From Verrucomicrobiota bacterium (GTDB lineage: Bacteria > Verrucomicrobiota > Verrucomicrobiia > Limisphaerales > UBA9464): a stretch of DNA of 33,503 nt. The notes under the pieces were generated by a model, which was not told where the DNA came from, did not search any database, and saw nothing but the letters and a program-made list of their open reading frames with translations. The DNA is taken from the NCBI GenBank assembly GCA_025354845.1, contig JANXMD010000748.1:1-33503 (forward strand), read 5' to 3'. The position numbers were made by a program, and so were the translations under genes. Of the stretch, positions 7,551 through 16,076 are shown piece by piece (the first letter of the stretch is position 1; every line of letters begins with the position of its first letter).

Positions 7551-10403
7551 TCAGTCCACGAACACGAACTCGTTCGCCGACAACAAGGCCTGCGCGTACT
7601 GCTCGATTGGCGGCAGGGAGGTGGAGGTACCTGCGCCTGTCGGGCGTTCCAGAAAGCTCCTGGCCAGCTCCAATTCCCCGGCGGTTGGCGCCCGTTGGAA
7701 GGCGATTTGATGCATGCGTTCCAACTTCTGACTCAGGTTTGCGGCGGTGGCGATCGCGGGCTGGATGACAAACTCATGCGCCCGCGCTGCCATGAACGGG
7801 CTGTTCATCAGAAACAGGGCCTGCTGCGGAACGGTGGTCTGGTAACGCATGGCCGCGGTGCTGTCGGGACTCGCGAAGTCGAAGGCACGGAGCAGCCCCG
7901 GAAGATTTTGGCGGTCGATAAATCCGTAGAGTGTGCGCCGTGGGGTCCCAGCGCCCTCAAACACGGTCACTGGCTGGCCGCCGACCGTCGCGTCCAGCGC
8001 TCCCGAGGCCACCAGCAGGCTGTCGCGCAAGGCCTCGAAGTCGGCGCGTTTGCGGTTCATCCGCCACCAATTCTGATTGGCCGGATCGGTCGCTTCATTG
8101 CGCTCGTACGTCTTCCGGCCGGCGGGCGACGCACCAGGATCGCTCGTCTGCTGATAGGTTGCGGACAGCAGTAGGTAGCGGTGCAATTCTTTCAGCGACC
8201 AGCCGTGATCCATGAACCAGACCGCCAGGTGATCGAGCACCTCCGGATGGGTGGGTGGATCGCTTCGCAGGCCGAAGTCACCCGGAGTGCGGACCAGCGG
8301 GGATCCGAAATGCAGTGCCCACACGCGGTTCACCAGCACCCGCGCCGTAAGCGGATTGTCGCGGCTGGCGATGGCTTGCGCGAGTTCCAGCCGTCCGCTG
8401 CCGCGGGTGAACGGCTTGCGCTTCGGTCCCGAGACCACTTCGAGAAACTGTCGTGGCACGCGGGGTCCGTGGTTCCCCGGATTGCCGCGCTTGAACACCA
8501 CCGGCTCCACCGGGCTGGACTTGTCGAGCAGCGCCATCGCACGCAGGGGTGCGCCGGGATCGGTGGCCTCCAGTTCCTCAATGCGGCGCCGGAGGGCGCG
8601 CGTCTTTTGTGCCACCGGCGTGGCGAAGAATCGGTCGATGCCACCGACGACCTCGGTGATCGGGGAGCCAGCGCCGTACAATACCTGCCGCAATTCCTCG
8701 TCGGCCGGGTCCTCCAGCGCGGACGGCGCCGGTTGTGAGGCCTTGCGCGCCGCAACCACACGATTCGTCCAAGCCACCTGGACCGCGGCGAACACCTCGC
8801 CGTAGCGGTGGGCCAGGTCTTCCAGCGACTGGGGAGGGTGTTGTCGCAGCGAGGCCGCAATGCGTGGATTGACCGCGGCGCCCTCCAGGTGGGTGGCAAC
8901 CCACGCAGCGGTATTCGTCGGGGCCATCTCGGCAAGGACCACCCAGGGGCCGAAGATTCGATGCGGCTGACCCGCAGATTTCCAAGCAGACAATCGCGAT
9001 TTCCAGGCGCCTGCCAGGCCCGGATCCAGGCTGCGGGTGCGGGCCAGTGCCTCGGCCTTGCCGCCGTCGAGCGGGAGCGACTCTTGAGCCGTGCGCAGAT
9101 AGTCCGCAATCCGCTCGCGCAGGGTGGTCAACACTTCCTCGGTGCGATCGGCCCGATACTGGGCGAGCTCGTCGGTGCGTTTCTTGTGTTCGGTGGCGTA
9201 CTGGGCGGCAAGGAAGGCGTTGGGATTCGGTCCCAGCAGGGGCTTCTCACCCGGCTCTTGGCTGCTGTCGAGGATCCCGTACAGCGAGTAGTAGTCCGCG
9301 GTGGGAATCGGATCAAACTTGTGGTCGTGGCAGCGGGCGCATCCGACGGTGAGACCCATGGTCCCGCGGCAGATGACATCGATCCGGTCGTCGATGATGT
9401 CGGCGTTGTTGTTGAGGAAGCGCCGGCCGAGGGTGAGAAATCCTTGCGCGGCCATAGGCCAGGGATTGTCCGGTGTCGCGACCTGATCGCCGGCGATCTG
9501 TGCGATCAGGAATTGGTCGTACGGAAGGTCCTCGTTCAATGCCCGGACCACCCAGTCGCGGTAGGTGTAGGCGTAGGCGTAGCGGCGTTCCTCTTCAAAC
9601 ACGTACCCCTTGGAATCAGCGTAGCGGGCGACGTCCAGCCAGTGACGTCCCCAACGTTCTCCGTAGCGCGGCGAGGCGAGTAGGCGGTCCACCGCGGCGG
9701 CGTAGGCACCAGGCGAGGGATCGGTGAGAAACGCCTGGGTCTCCTCGGGGGTGGCTGGGAGCCCCGTGAGGTCGAAGCTGATCCGGCGAAGCACAGTGCG
9801 TCGGTCGGCGGCCGGGCTCGGATGCAATCCCGCCTTGTCCAAACGGGCCCGGATTAACCGATCGAGCGGAGTGAGCGACGGGCCGCCCGTTTCCGGGGCC
9901 CCGGACGTGACCACCGGGATGGGTGGCGCCACCGGACGCTGGAAGGCCCAATGGGAGTCCTGCGGACGGGGCGTGACGATATCCTCCCGAGGGTCTGCCG
10001 CCCCGGTGGTGATCCAATGGCGGAGCGCATCGATCTCCACGGCGCTCAATGCATCGCCCTTGGGCGGCATGCGGTCGAGGTCCTTGGCTTTTCCGAGAAC
10101 GCTCTGGACGAGCAGGCTTTCCTCCGGCTTCCCGGGCACCAGTAGGGCTCCTGAATCACCGCCCTTGGCCACGCCAGACTTCAGGTCGAGACGTAGATTC
10201 CCCTTCACGGATTTCGCGCGGGCGCTGTGACAGGAGAAACACTTGTCGGCCAGCAGCGGGCGGATGCGGTTTTCGAAGAACTCCGACTGATCCGCGGGGA
10301 CCGCTCCGGCCAGGGAATTCAACGACATCAGCGCCGAGGCCAGGGCCGCGAGCAGTCGGAGGCGGAGCCGGGGCGGGTGAGGGGGCTGAAAGGTTGGCGG
10401 CAT
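7551..10403 (-). CDS. PSCyt1/PSCyt2(DUF1549)/PSD1(DUF1553) planctomycete-type cytochrome-c-domain protein
   Basis: 950 aa with a signal peptide and a CFSCHS heme-binding-type motif near the N-terminus. DUF1549-like (RRISFDLTGLPATPEE, RYGERWGRHWLDVARYADS) and DUF1553-like (GLTVGCARCHDHKFDPI ... NRVWALHFG) blocks follow. Confidence 0.88.
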   Translation of the reverse strand: MPPTFQPPHPPRLRLRLLAALASALMSLNSLAGAVPADQSEFFENRIRPLLADKCFSCHSARAKSVKGNLRLDLKSGVAKGGDSGALLVPGKPEESLLVQSVLGKAKDLDRMPPKGDALSAVEIDALRHWITTGAADPREDIVTPRPQDSHWAFQRPVAPPIPVVTSGAPETGGPSLTPLDRLIRARLDKAGLHPSPAADRRTVLRRISFDLTGLPATPEETQAFLTDPSPGAYAAAVDRLLASPRYGERWGRHWLDVARYADSKGYVFEEERRYAYAYTYRDWVVRALNEDLPYDQFLIAQIAGDQVATPDNPWPMAAQGFLTLGRRFLNNNADIIDDRIDVICRGTMGLTVGCARCHDHKFDPIPTADYYSLYGILDSSQEPGEKPLLGPNPNAFLAAQYATEHKKRTDELAQYRADRTEEVLTTLRERIADYLRTAQESLPLDGGKAEALARTRSLDPGLAGAWKSRLSAWKSAGQPHRIFGPWVVLAEMAPTNTAAWVATHLEGAAVNPRIAASLRQHPPQSLEDLAHRYGEVFAAVQVAWTNRVVAARKASQPAPSALEDPADEELRQVLYGAGSPITEVVGGIDRFFATPVAQKTRALRRRIEELEATDPGAPLRAMALLDKSSPVEPVVFKRGNPGNHGPRVPRQFLEVVSGPKRKPFTRGSGRLELAQAIASRDNPLTARVLVNRVWALHFGSPLVRTPGDFGLRSDPPTHPEVLDHLAVWFMDHGWSLKELHRYLLLSATYQQTSDPGASPAGRKTYERNEATDPANQNWWRMNRKRADFEALRDSLLVASGALDATVGGQPVTVFEGAGTPRRTLYGFIDRQNLPGLLRAFDFASPDSTAAMRYQTTVPQQALFLMNSPFMAARAHEFVIQPAIATAANLSQKLERMHQIAFQRAPTAGELELARSFLERPTGAGTSTSLPPIEQYAQALLSANEFVFVD

Positions 10404-10580
10404 GCGGGCTTGGAGCCCATACTCGGTGGGTGTGGGCTGATGTCAAAAACGGAGCGCGGGCGTTCGGTATTCAAATGCGGTCCGGGAATCGGTCGCAAAG
10501 GTTCCCGCGGTCGGGTTTATGGCAGGCAGTGGCATGCCCGGGAATTGACCTTCCACACGACCCCTAGGCAGACTGTCGCA

Positions 10581-12209
10581 ATGCCTGAATCCATCGGCAA
10601 CGGGACCGCGACCGCAGGGCAGCCAAAAACTGCCGTGCGGTGGAATGTGCCGTTTTTGCTGATGCTGGCGGGCCTTTGGATCTGGGCGGTTTCCATCAAT
10701 TATCCGTTTTGGGACACCGACCCCAATTACTCCTTCGGATTCGTGGTACCGCCTTTGGTGGTATTCTTTCTGTGGAAGCGACTCGGGAGTGAGCCGGAAT
10801 CCTTCTGGAATTTTCTGCCTGACTCAGGAAAACGGTCCGCCCTGACGCCCCTGCTGTTGATCCTTCCGGGATTTGCGTTGTTTCCGGTGGAAGTGTACCG
10901 GATCGAGTATCACCAGTCGGGTATCGTGCTCTGGGCGATCAATCTGGCCATGGTGGCCTACACGATTGCGGGCGCCCGGTGGCTTGGAGGCGGCCGCCTC
11001 CTTTCGCGGGTTCTGTTTCCCGTCCTCTTCTTCCTGACCGCGGTGCCGTGGCCGGCCAAGGTTGCGGTTCCGTTTCAACAGATGCTGATGACGGGCGTGG
11101 CCCAGGTCGTCGCTGAACTCCTGTTGTGGTGCGGCATTCCGGTCAGCCTGGATGGTGCGGTGTTGCATTTGACCAAGGGCACGGTCGGGATCGTGGAGGC
11201 GTGCAGCGGCATCCGCTCCCTGCAGTCCGGCCTGATGGTCAGCCTCGCCGTGGGTGAATTGCTCGGCCTGACTCGGGCCCGCCGGACTGGGTTGGTGGGC
11301 TTCGCGATCGGGTTCGCCCTCGTCAGCAACCTGGCGCGGACCTTCACCCTGTGCTGGATCATGGAGCATCAGGGCGATCAGGCGATGCACCACTGGCACG
11401 ACCGGGTGGGAAACATCGCGATGTATTCGCTCTATGCGCTCATCTATCTGGTGGGAAAGCTGCTCGAGCCCAAAGGGGGGGCTCCCTGGCCAGATGGCTC
11501 AGGAAGCTGGACCGAACGGGCGAGGCGACTGCGCTGGACCGGGCTGCCCGACATCCGCCCGCTGCTGGCCGTTTTCGCGGGTACCTTTGTCGTCGTGCAC
11601 AGCTGGTATTTCGTCCTGAAGCTTCACGCGAAGCCGCAAACCACTCCGTACTTCACGCTGCGTCCGGGTGGGGAGACCAATGGGTTGGTTCGGATGGAAT
11701 TTGACGAGGAGGTCTGGCGTCGGCTGGGTGCCGACTCGGGGGAACAAATCCGGAAAAAAACCGGCCTGGCGCCCCTCGGAATCGTCGATGCGTACCATCT
11801 CTTCTGGCGGCCTTCGCCCATGAGCAAGATTGCACTGCATCATCGCCCAGACGTTTGCATGCCCGGAAACGGCTGGGTGCAAAAAGGGGAGGTGGAGACC
11901 GTGAATCTGGTCGTCGACGGCCAGCCCCTTCGTTTCCTGGTGTTCCGGTTTGAACGGGGCGAGACCAAGGCGGTGCAAGTCTGGGGCGTGTGGCGTAACG
12001 GGCAGCCGGTGGAGATGGACTACTCCAACCACCTGACGGCCCTGCCCGAGAAATATCGCCCGATTCCCAGCGAACGCCATCTCATGGGCGTCGAATTGGT
12101 CTCGCTGTTCATCCCCTATCAGGGCAACAACATCCCTGCCGAAGCGCTGTTTCGGACGCTGATGCCGGAGCTGTTCTCCTATCACGCCCCGGTCGCCGAG
12201 TCCCGATAG
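10581..12209 (+). CDS. exosortase fused to a C-terminal EpsI-family domain
   Basis: The N-terminal ~300 aa is polytopic and carries exosortase signatures: FFLTAVPWP, GIVEACSGIRSLQSG (Cys codon 11202-11204), SNLARTFT (Arg) and HHWHDRVGN (His). After one more TM segment, the last ~220 aa carries the EpsI hallmark HHRPDVCMPGNGW. The ATG at 10581 is preferred because the track start at 10227 overlaps the divergent gene. Confidence 0.85.
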   Translation: MPESIGNGTATAGQPKTAVRWNVPFLLMLAGLWIWAVSINYPFWDTDPNYSFGFVVPPLVVFFLWKRLGSEPESFWNFLPDSGKRSALTPLLLILPGFALFPVEVYRIEYHQSGIVLWAINLAMVAYTIAGARWLGGGRLLSRVLFPVLFFLTAVPWPAKVAVPFQQMLMTGVAQVVAELLLWCGIPVSLDGAVLHLTKGTVGIVEACSGIRSLQSGLMVSLAVGELLGLTRARRTGLVGFAIGFALVSNLARTFTLCWIMEHQGDQAMHHWHDRVGNIAMYSLYALIYLVGKLLEPKGGAPWPDGSGSWTERARRLRWTGLPDIRPLLAVFAGTFVVVHSWYFVLKLHAKPQTTPYFTLRPGGETNGLVRMEFDEEVWRRLGADSGEQIRKKTGLAPLGIVDAYHLFWRPSPMSKIALHHRPDVCMPGNGWVQKGEVETVNLVVDGQPLRFLVFRFERGETKAVQVWGVWRNGQPVEMDYSNHLTALPEKYRPIPSERHLMGVELVSLFIPYQGNNIPAEALFRTLMPELFSYHAPVAESR

Positions 12210-12244
12210 CCTCCAGTTTCCAACCCTTCTCAGATCCTCCTGCC

Positions 12245-14017
12245 GTGGATTCCCCGCCTTCCCCAAATCGTCGACCCTCTGGATCGCGGGGTCGCGTGCG
12301 CGTGGTCAAAACGACCGGGGTTCTCGCCGATGCCACGATCTGGATCCGCCGGATCGTCCTGTTTCTGGGAGTCGTCCTGGTCCTGGCTGGCATTGCAAAA
12401 CTGGCCTACGGACCGGCAAAGGTGGTTTGGGGGCGCCGACACGCCCGGGCCTCGGAAGATCTCTGGCGAAGCGGGGATGGTGCCGCCGCCAGTCAGCGCC
12501 TGCGTGCGGCCTTGCAGTTCGCGCCGCGAGATCCCGACGTGCTGCGCTGGGCGGCTCAATACTGCGCCAAGACGGGCCTGCCCCAGGGAATGATGTACTA
12601 CGAGATGCTGCTGTCCCACCCGGAGGCAACCCGCGAGGACCATGTGGCCTATGCCGAGCTCGCACTTCGCTTCAATCGGTTGGATTTCGCGGGACGCGAG
12701 ATCACCCAATTGCTCGCAAAGGAGCCTGATTCCCAGAAGCTGTTGCTGCTCCTCGTTTCCCAGCAGCGTCAGGCCCGGGATCTCGACGCCGCCGTTCGCA
12801 CTGCCCGCCGCGTCTTGCAACTGAGTCCGGTGGACGAGCAGGCGCAATTCGTTCTGGGGTCTCTCCTGCTTGAACATCGGGCCCACCCCGAGTTGGCCAG
12901 TGAGGGACAGCGTCTGCTGATGGGCGTGGTGGTTTCCCACGGAAACTCATCGATGGATGCGGCTCTGCGTCTCGCCGGCACGCGCGGATTGGAACGAGCG
13001 GATTTGGAAATTCTCAACAAGCTCCTGGTTGATTATCCACCGAAGACGATGACGGACCGACTTCTGGCCATGGATCTCCGGCTCATGGCCAATCCGGCGC
13101 GGAGCAATCAACTGGTTCTCGAAACGGTCCGGTTGGTCGTGCCCGAGTTGAAGACCACCAATGTGGGGGTGGTGGTAAACTGGGCGGTCCAGCGGGGCGG
13201 TGCCGCGCCGCTGCTCGAGGCGCTGCCGATCGGAGCGAATGAAACCAACACCGCGACCCTCTCCCTCCGGGGCGTCGTGCTGGGTCAGATGGCCGAGTGG
13301 AATGAGCTCGATGCGTTGCTGGGGCGCTACGAGTCACGGATGGAGCCGTTCATCGTGGAGAAGCTCAAGGGCCAAGTGGCGCTGGGACGCGGGCGAAATT
13401 CGGATGCCCAGATTCATTTTCAGGCGGCGATTTCAGAGAATCGGGTCACCCCCTTGCAGCTCCGGGCGCTGGGGCGGGAGTTCGAGGGGCTCCACCTTCC
13501 TTTGCTCGCGGCCCAGGCGAACGTCCGCGCGATGGCTCTCGCAAACGAGGGGGGAGATATTTCGACGACCCTGAATGCCGGTCTTGAAGTCCTGCGCCTT
13601 CTGGCGCCGACCGACGAGACAGCCTCGATTCGGGACACGCTCCGGATTCTGAGCAAAGTGCTCCCCGGTGATGATGCCCTGGCCGGGGAGCGTGCGTGGT
13701 ACGATTTACTCTACCGCGAAGACGTGGCGGCCTCGGCGGCGACGGCCGTGCGGCTCCACGCCGCGCATCCCGACGACGTGGCGTGGCGGGTGCTCCTGGC
13801 GCTCGCCGAGCTTCGATCCGACCGACCCGCGGAGGCACTCCAGGTGTTGGAGGAACCGCAGATTGAGTGGGTCAATGCGCGTCCGCGCTGGAAGGCGGTT
13901 TATGCGGCCGCACTCGGAGTCTCGCAGCGGCGCGAGGCGGCTCGGCGATTTGCCTCCCAGATTCCGGCCGGCAGCCTGAAGTCGCGCGAGCAGCAACTTA
14001 TCGAGCCCTGGCGCTGA
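12245..14017 (+). CDS. membrane-anchored TPR-like helical-repeat protein, function unknown
   Basis: 590 aa with one N-terminal TM helix (IWIRRIVLFLGVVLVLAGIAKLAY). The rest is Ala/Leu/Arg-rich helical repeats, for example AASQRLRAALQFAPRDPDVLRWAAQY and DLDAAVRTARRVLQLSPVDEQAQFVLG. It starts 35 nt after the exosortase stop. The GTG start is uncertain. Confidence 0.6.
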   Translation: MDSPPSPNRRPSGSRGRVRVVKTTGVLADATIWIRRIVLFLGVVLVLAGIAKLAYGPAKVVWGRRHARASEDLWRSGDGAAASQRLRAALQFAPRDPDVLRWAAQYCAKTGLPQGMMYYEMLLSHPEATREDHVAYAELALRFNRLDFAGREITQLLAKEPDSQKLLLLLVSQQRQARDLDAAVRTARRVLQLSPVDEQAQFVLGSLLLEHRAHPELASEGQRLLMGVVVSHGNSSMDAALRLAGTRGLERADLEILNKLLVDYPPKTMTDRLLAMDLRLMANPARSNQLVLETVRLVVPELKTTNVGVVVNWAVQRGGAAPLLEALPIGANETNTATLSLRGVVLGQMAEWNELDALLGRYESRMEPFIVEKLKGQVALGRGRNSDAQIHFQAAISENRVTPLQLRALGREFEGLHLPLLAAQANVRAMALANEGGDISTTLNAGLEVLRLLAPTDETASIRDTLRILSKVLPGDDALAGERAWYDLLYREDVAASAATAVRLHAAHPDDVAWRVLLALAELRSDRPAEALQVLEEPQIEWVNARPRWKAVYAAALGVSQRREAARRFASQIPAGSLKSREQQLIEPWR

Positions 14018-14103
14018 TCGGGAAACAGCCGGATTTCCACCCGGGATGAATCCCGCTGTTCACCGGGGTTGAAAAGACCTCCGGCCCGGGCCAGTTTGCC
14101 CGC

Positions 14104-14904
14104 GTGTTCGCCCTGTTTGACGAGCTAAGAAACCCAGCCCTGCTCCTCAGCAACCCCGTGGCATGGGTGCTGATTCCCTTCCAGCTGTGGATGCTGATCG
14201 ATGCCGTGCGCCGCGAGGACTGGATTTGGGCGGTATTCATCTTCATCGCCATGGCGTACTCCTCGGTGCTGCCCATCAGTGCGTTGTTGTACTACTTCAT
14301 GGTGTATCGCGCGCAGGGGCCCGCGGGCGGAGGCGGAGGACGGACGCGCGGGTTTGAATTGCCGGGAGCAGGTACGAGGCGCCGCATTCGTGAATTGGAG
14401 GGACGCATTCACCACCTCGACAAAGCCCGGGACCACCTTGAGTTGGCCGACATCTATTTCAGCCAAGGCAAGCTCCAGTTGGCCGAATCCAGCTATCGTG
14501 CGTCTCTGGAACGCGATCCTTCCGATCGCGACGCGGTGGCCCATCTGGGACAATGCCTGCTACGCTTGGGCCGCGCCGCGGAGGCGTTGCCGATGTTGGA
14601 ACGAGTGACCGCAGACGATTCGCGCCATGACTATGGGCATACCCTCATGGCCCTCGCCGAAACGCAGAGCGCCCTCGGCAATAACGACGGAGCCTTTCAG
14701 ACTTGGCGGCGGGTGTTGGAAAATCACGGGTATGCCCGCGCCCGGGTTCAGTTCTCCGAACTCCTCATGGTTCGCGGGGAACGAGATCGGGCACGCACCG
14801 AGTTGAACGAGGTGATCTCCGACGATCTCCACGCGCCCAAGTTCCAACGGGATCGTGACAAACCATGGGTGCGGCGCGCTCGGACCCTGCTTGGAAAGCT
14901 CTGA
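14104..14904 (+). CDS. membrane protein with a PLDc_N-like two-helix anchor fused to TPR repeats
   Basis: The N-terminus VAWVLIPFQLWMLIDAVRREDWIWAVFIFIAMAYSSVLPISALLYYFMVYR looks like the short membrane domain found at the N-terminus of cardiolipin synthases. A Gly-rich linker and TPR repeats follow (LADIYFSQGKLQLAESSYRASLERDPSDRDAVAHLGQCLLRLGRAAEALPMLE). Confidence 0.65.
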   Translation: MFALFDELRNPALLLSNPVAWVLIPFQLWMLIDAVRREDWIWAVFIFIAMAYSSVLPISALLYYFMVYRAQGPAGGGGGRTRGFELPGAGTRRRIRELEGRIHHLDKARDHLELADIYFSQGKLQLAESSYRASLERDPSDRDAVAHLGQCLLRLGRAAEALPMLERVTADDSRHDYGHTLMALAETQSALGNNDGAFQTWRRVLENHGYARARVQFSELLMVRGERDRARTELNEVISDDLHAPKFQRDRDKPWVRRARTLLGKL

Positions 14905-14905
14905 C

Positions 14906-16054
14906 ATGGACCCAGGTGCCGATCCTGCCCGGGAAGGCCGTTGGCTGAAGAACGGGCTCGCGTATTTCGACTCTCTCGAGCCCGGGCTGGCACGCGCGAA
15001 GCAAAGCATTCGTGTCGAGGTTTATATCATTGGGGACGATTCGGTGGGTCGACGGATTCGCGCGGCCTTGATCGCTGCAGTCGGTCGCGGGGTGCAGGTG
15101 ACTGTTCTCGCCGATGGGCTCGGATCCGCAGAGCTTCCCTCGGGTTGGTGGACACCGCTCGTGAAAGCAGGTGGAGAGGTCCATGTCTTCAACCCCCTCG
15201 CGTCCCGCCGCATTGGCATCCGGGATCACCGGAAGCTGGTTGTGGTGGATGACCGCGTGGCGTGGATTGGTGGGATTAACCTGTCGGATGACTACGCCGG
15301 GGATGGGGTCACCCAGGGCTGGGCCGATTGTGGATTCTGCATCGAGGGAGCCGCCGCGGGGCAACTGTCGAAGGAGTTCGATCTCATGGTTGCTAAATGC
15401 GCCTCCCGTCAGCCGAAGGTGGTCGTTGGCCGCATCCGTCGTGGCTCCCGCCCTCCGGCGCGCCTGATTGGCAGGGGGCTGGAGTTGATGGTCAGCGGCC
15501 CGGGGCGCATGGCCAACGCCTTCCAAAGATCGCTGCGCGAGGATATCGCCGGTTCACGACAGGTGCAGTTTGCAGTCGCCTACTTTCTGCCCGGATACCG
15601 CATGCGCCAACTCCTCCGTCGTATCTCGATGCGGGGAGCGTCGGTTCAAATCGTCGTGCCGGGACGGACCGATGTGCCGGTTGCCCTTCGTGCGGCTCGG
15701 CATCTCTATTCGGGGCTGATGCGGGCGGGCGTGGAGATATGGGAATATCAGCCGCAGGTGCTCCACACGAAGCTGTTTCTGGCCAATCGCGCAGCCTATG
15801 TGGGCTCATCGAACCTCGACACCCGCAGCCTCCACATCAACTACGAGCTCATGCTCCGATTGACCGATCCGGTGCTGGTGTCGCAGGCGCAATCCATGTT
15901 TGTCGAACTTCTGGAACGGTCAACCCGTGTCGATCCTGTCGTCTGGGCGACCTCGCGTTCCTGGCTCGAACGCTGGCGCGAACAGTGGGCGTTCTGGATC
16001 CTTTCCCGGGCGGATCCCTACGTGACCCGCTGGCTGGCGATGGGTCCGCGCTAG
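14906..16054 (+). CDS. phospholipase D superfamily phosphatidyltransferase with two HKD motifs (ClsB/PssA-like), no TM segment
   Basis: HKD motif 1 is HRKLVVVDDRVAWIGGINLSDDY (His codon 15227-15229). HKD motif 2 is LHTKLFLANRAAYVGSSNLDTRS (His codon 15764-15766). The ATG at 14906 lies 1 nt after the upstream stop (TGA 14902-14904). Confidence 0.85.
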   Translation: MDPGADPAREGRWLKNGLAYFDSLEPGLARAKQSIRVEVYIIGDDSVGRRIRAALIAAVGRGVQVTVLADGLGSAELPSGWWTPLVKAGGEVHVFNPLASRRIGIRDHRKLVVVDDRVAWIGGINLSDDYAGDGVTQGWADCGFCIEGAAAGQLSKEFDLMVAKCASRQPKVVVGRIRRGSRPPARLIGRGLELMVSGPGRMANAFQRSLREDIAGSRQVQFAVAYFLPGYRMRQLLRRISMRGASVQIVVPGRTDVPVALRAARHLYSGLMRAGVEIWEYQPQVLHTKLFLANRAAYVGSSNLDTRSLHINYELMLRLTDPVLVSQAQSMFVELLERSTRVDPVVWATSRSWLERWREQWAFWILSRADPYVTRWLAMGPR

Positions 16055-16076
16055 CTGTGTCCGGACGGCTTCGCCC

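Noticed and set aside
8181-9683. Several 180-290-aa ORFs on both strands inside the PSD1 gene (8181-8738, 8251-8805, 8330-9109, 8808-9683)
   Set aside because: All overlap the 950-aa DUF1549/DUF1553 frame, which carries conserved family blocks throughout. The alternatives are Arg/Pro/Gly-rich and have no motifs.
10227-10580. N-terminal 118-codon extension of the exosortase ORF in the track
   Set aside because: The extension overlaps the 5' end of the divergent PSD1 gene and encodes a basic low-complexity sequence. The exosortase homology and the first TM helix begin after the ATG at 10581.
11499-12940. Minus-strand ORFs of 255 aa (11499-12266) and 236 aa (12230-12940)
   Set aside because: They are antisense to the EpsI-domain region and to the TPR gene. 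They have no motifs and would break an otherwise coherent plus-strand operon.
14906-16054. Considered whether the PLD-family protein is an HKD nuclease of a defence system
   Set aside because: Two HKD motifs in one chain of about 380 aa, together with the GGINLSDDY and SSNLD contexts, fit phosphatidyltransferases (the Cls/Pss type). An adjacent PLDc_N membrane anchor and the lack of helicase, methylase or other defence partners point the same way.
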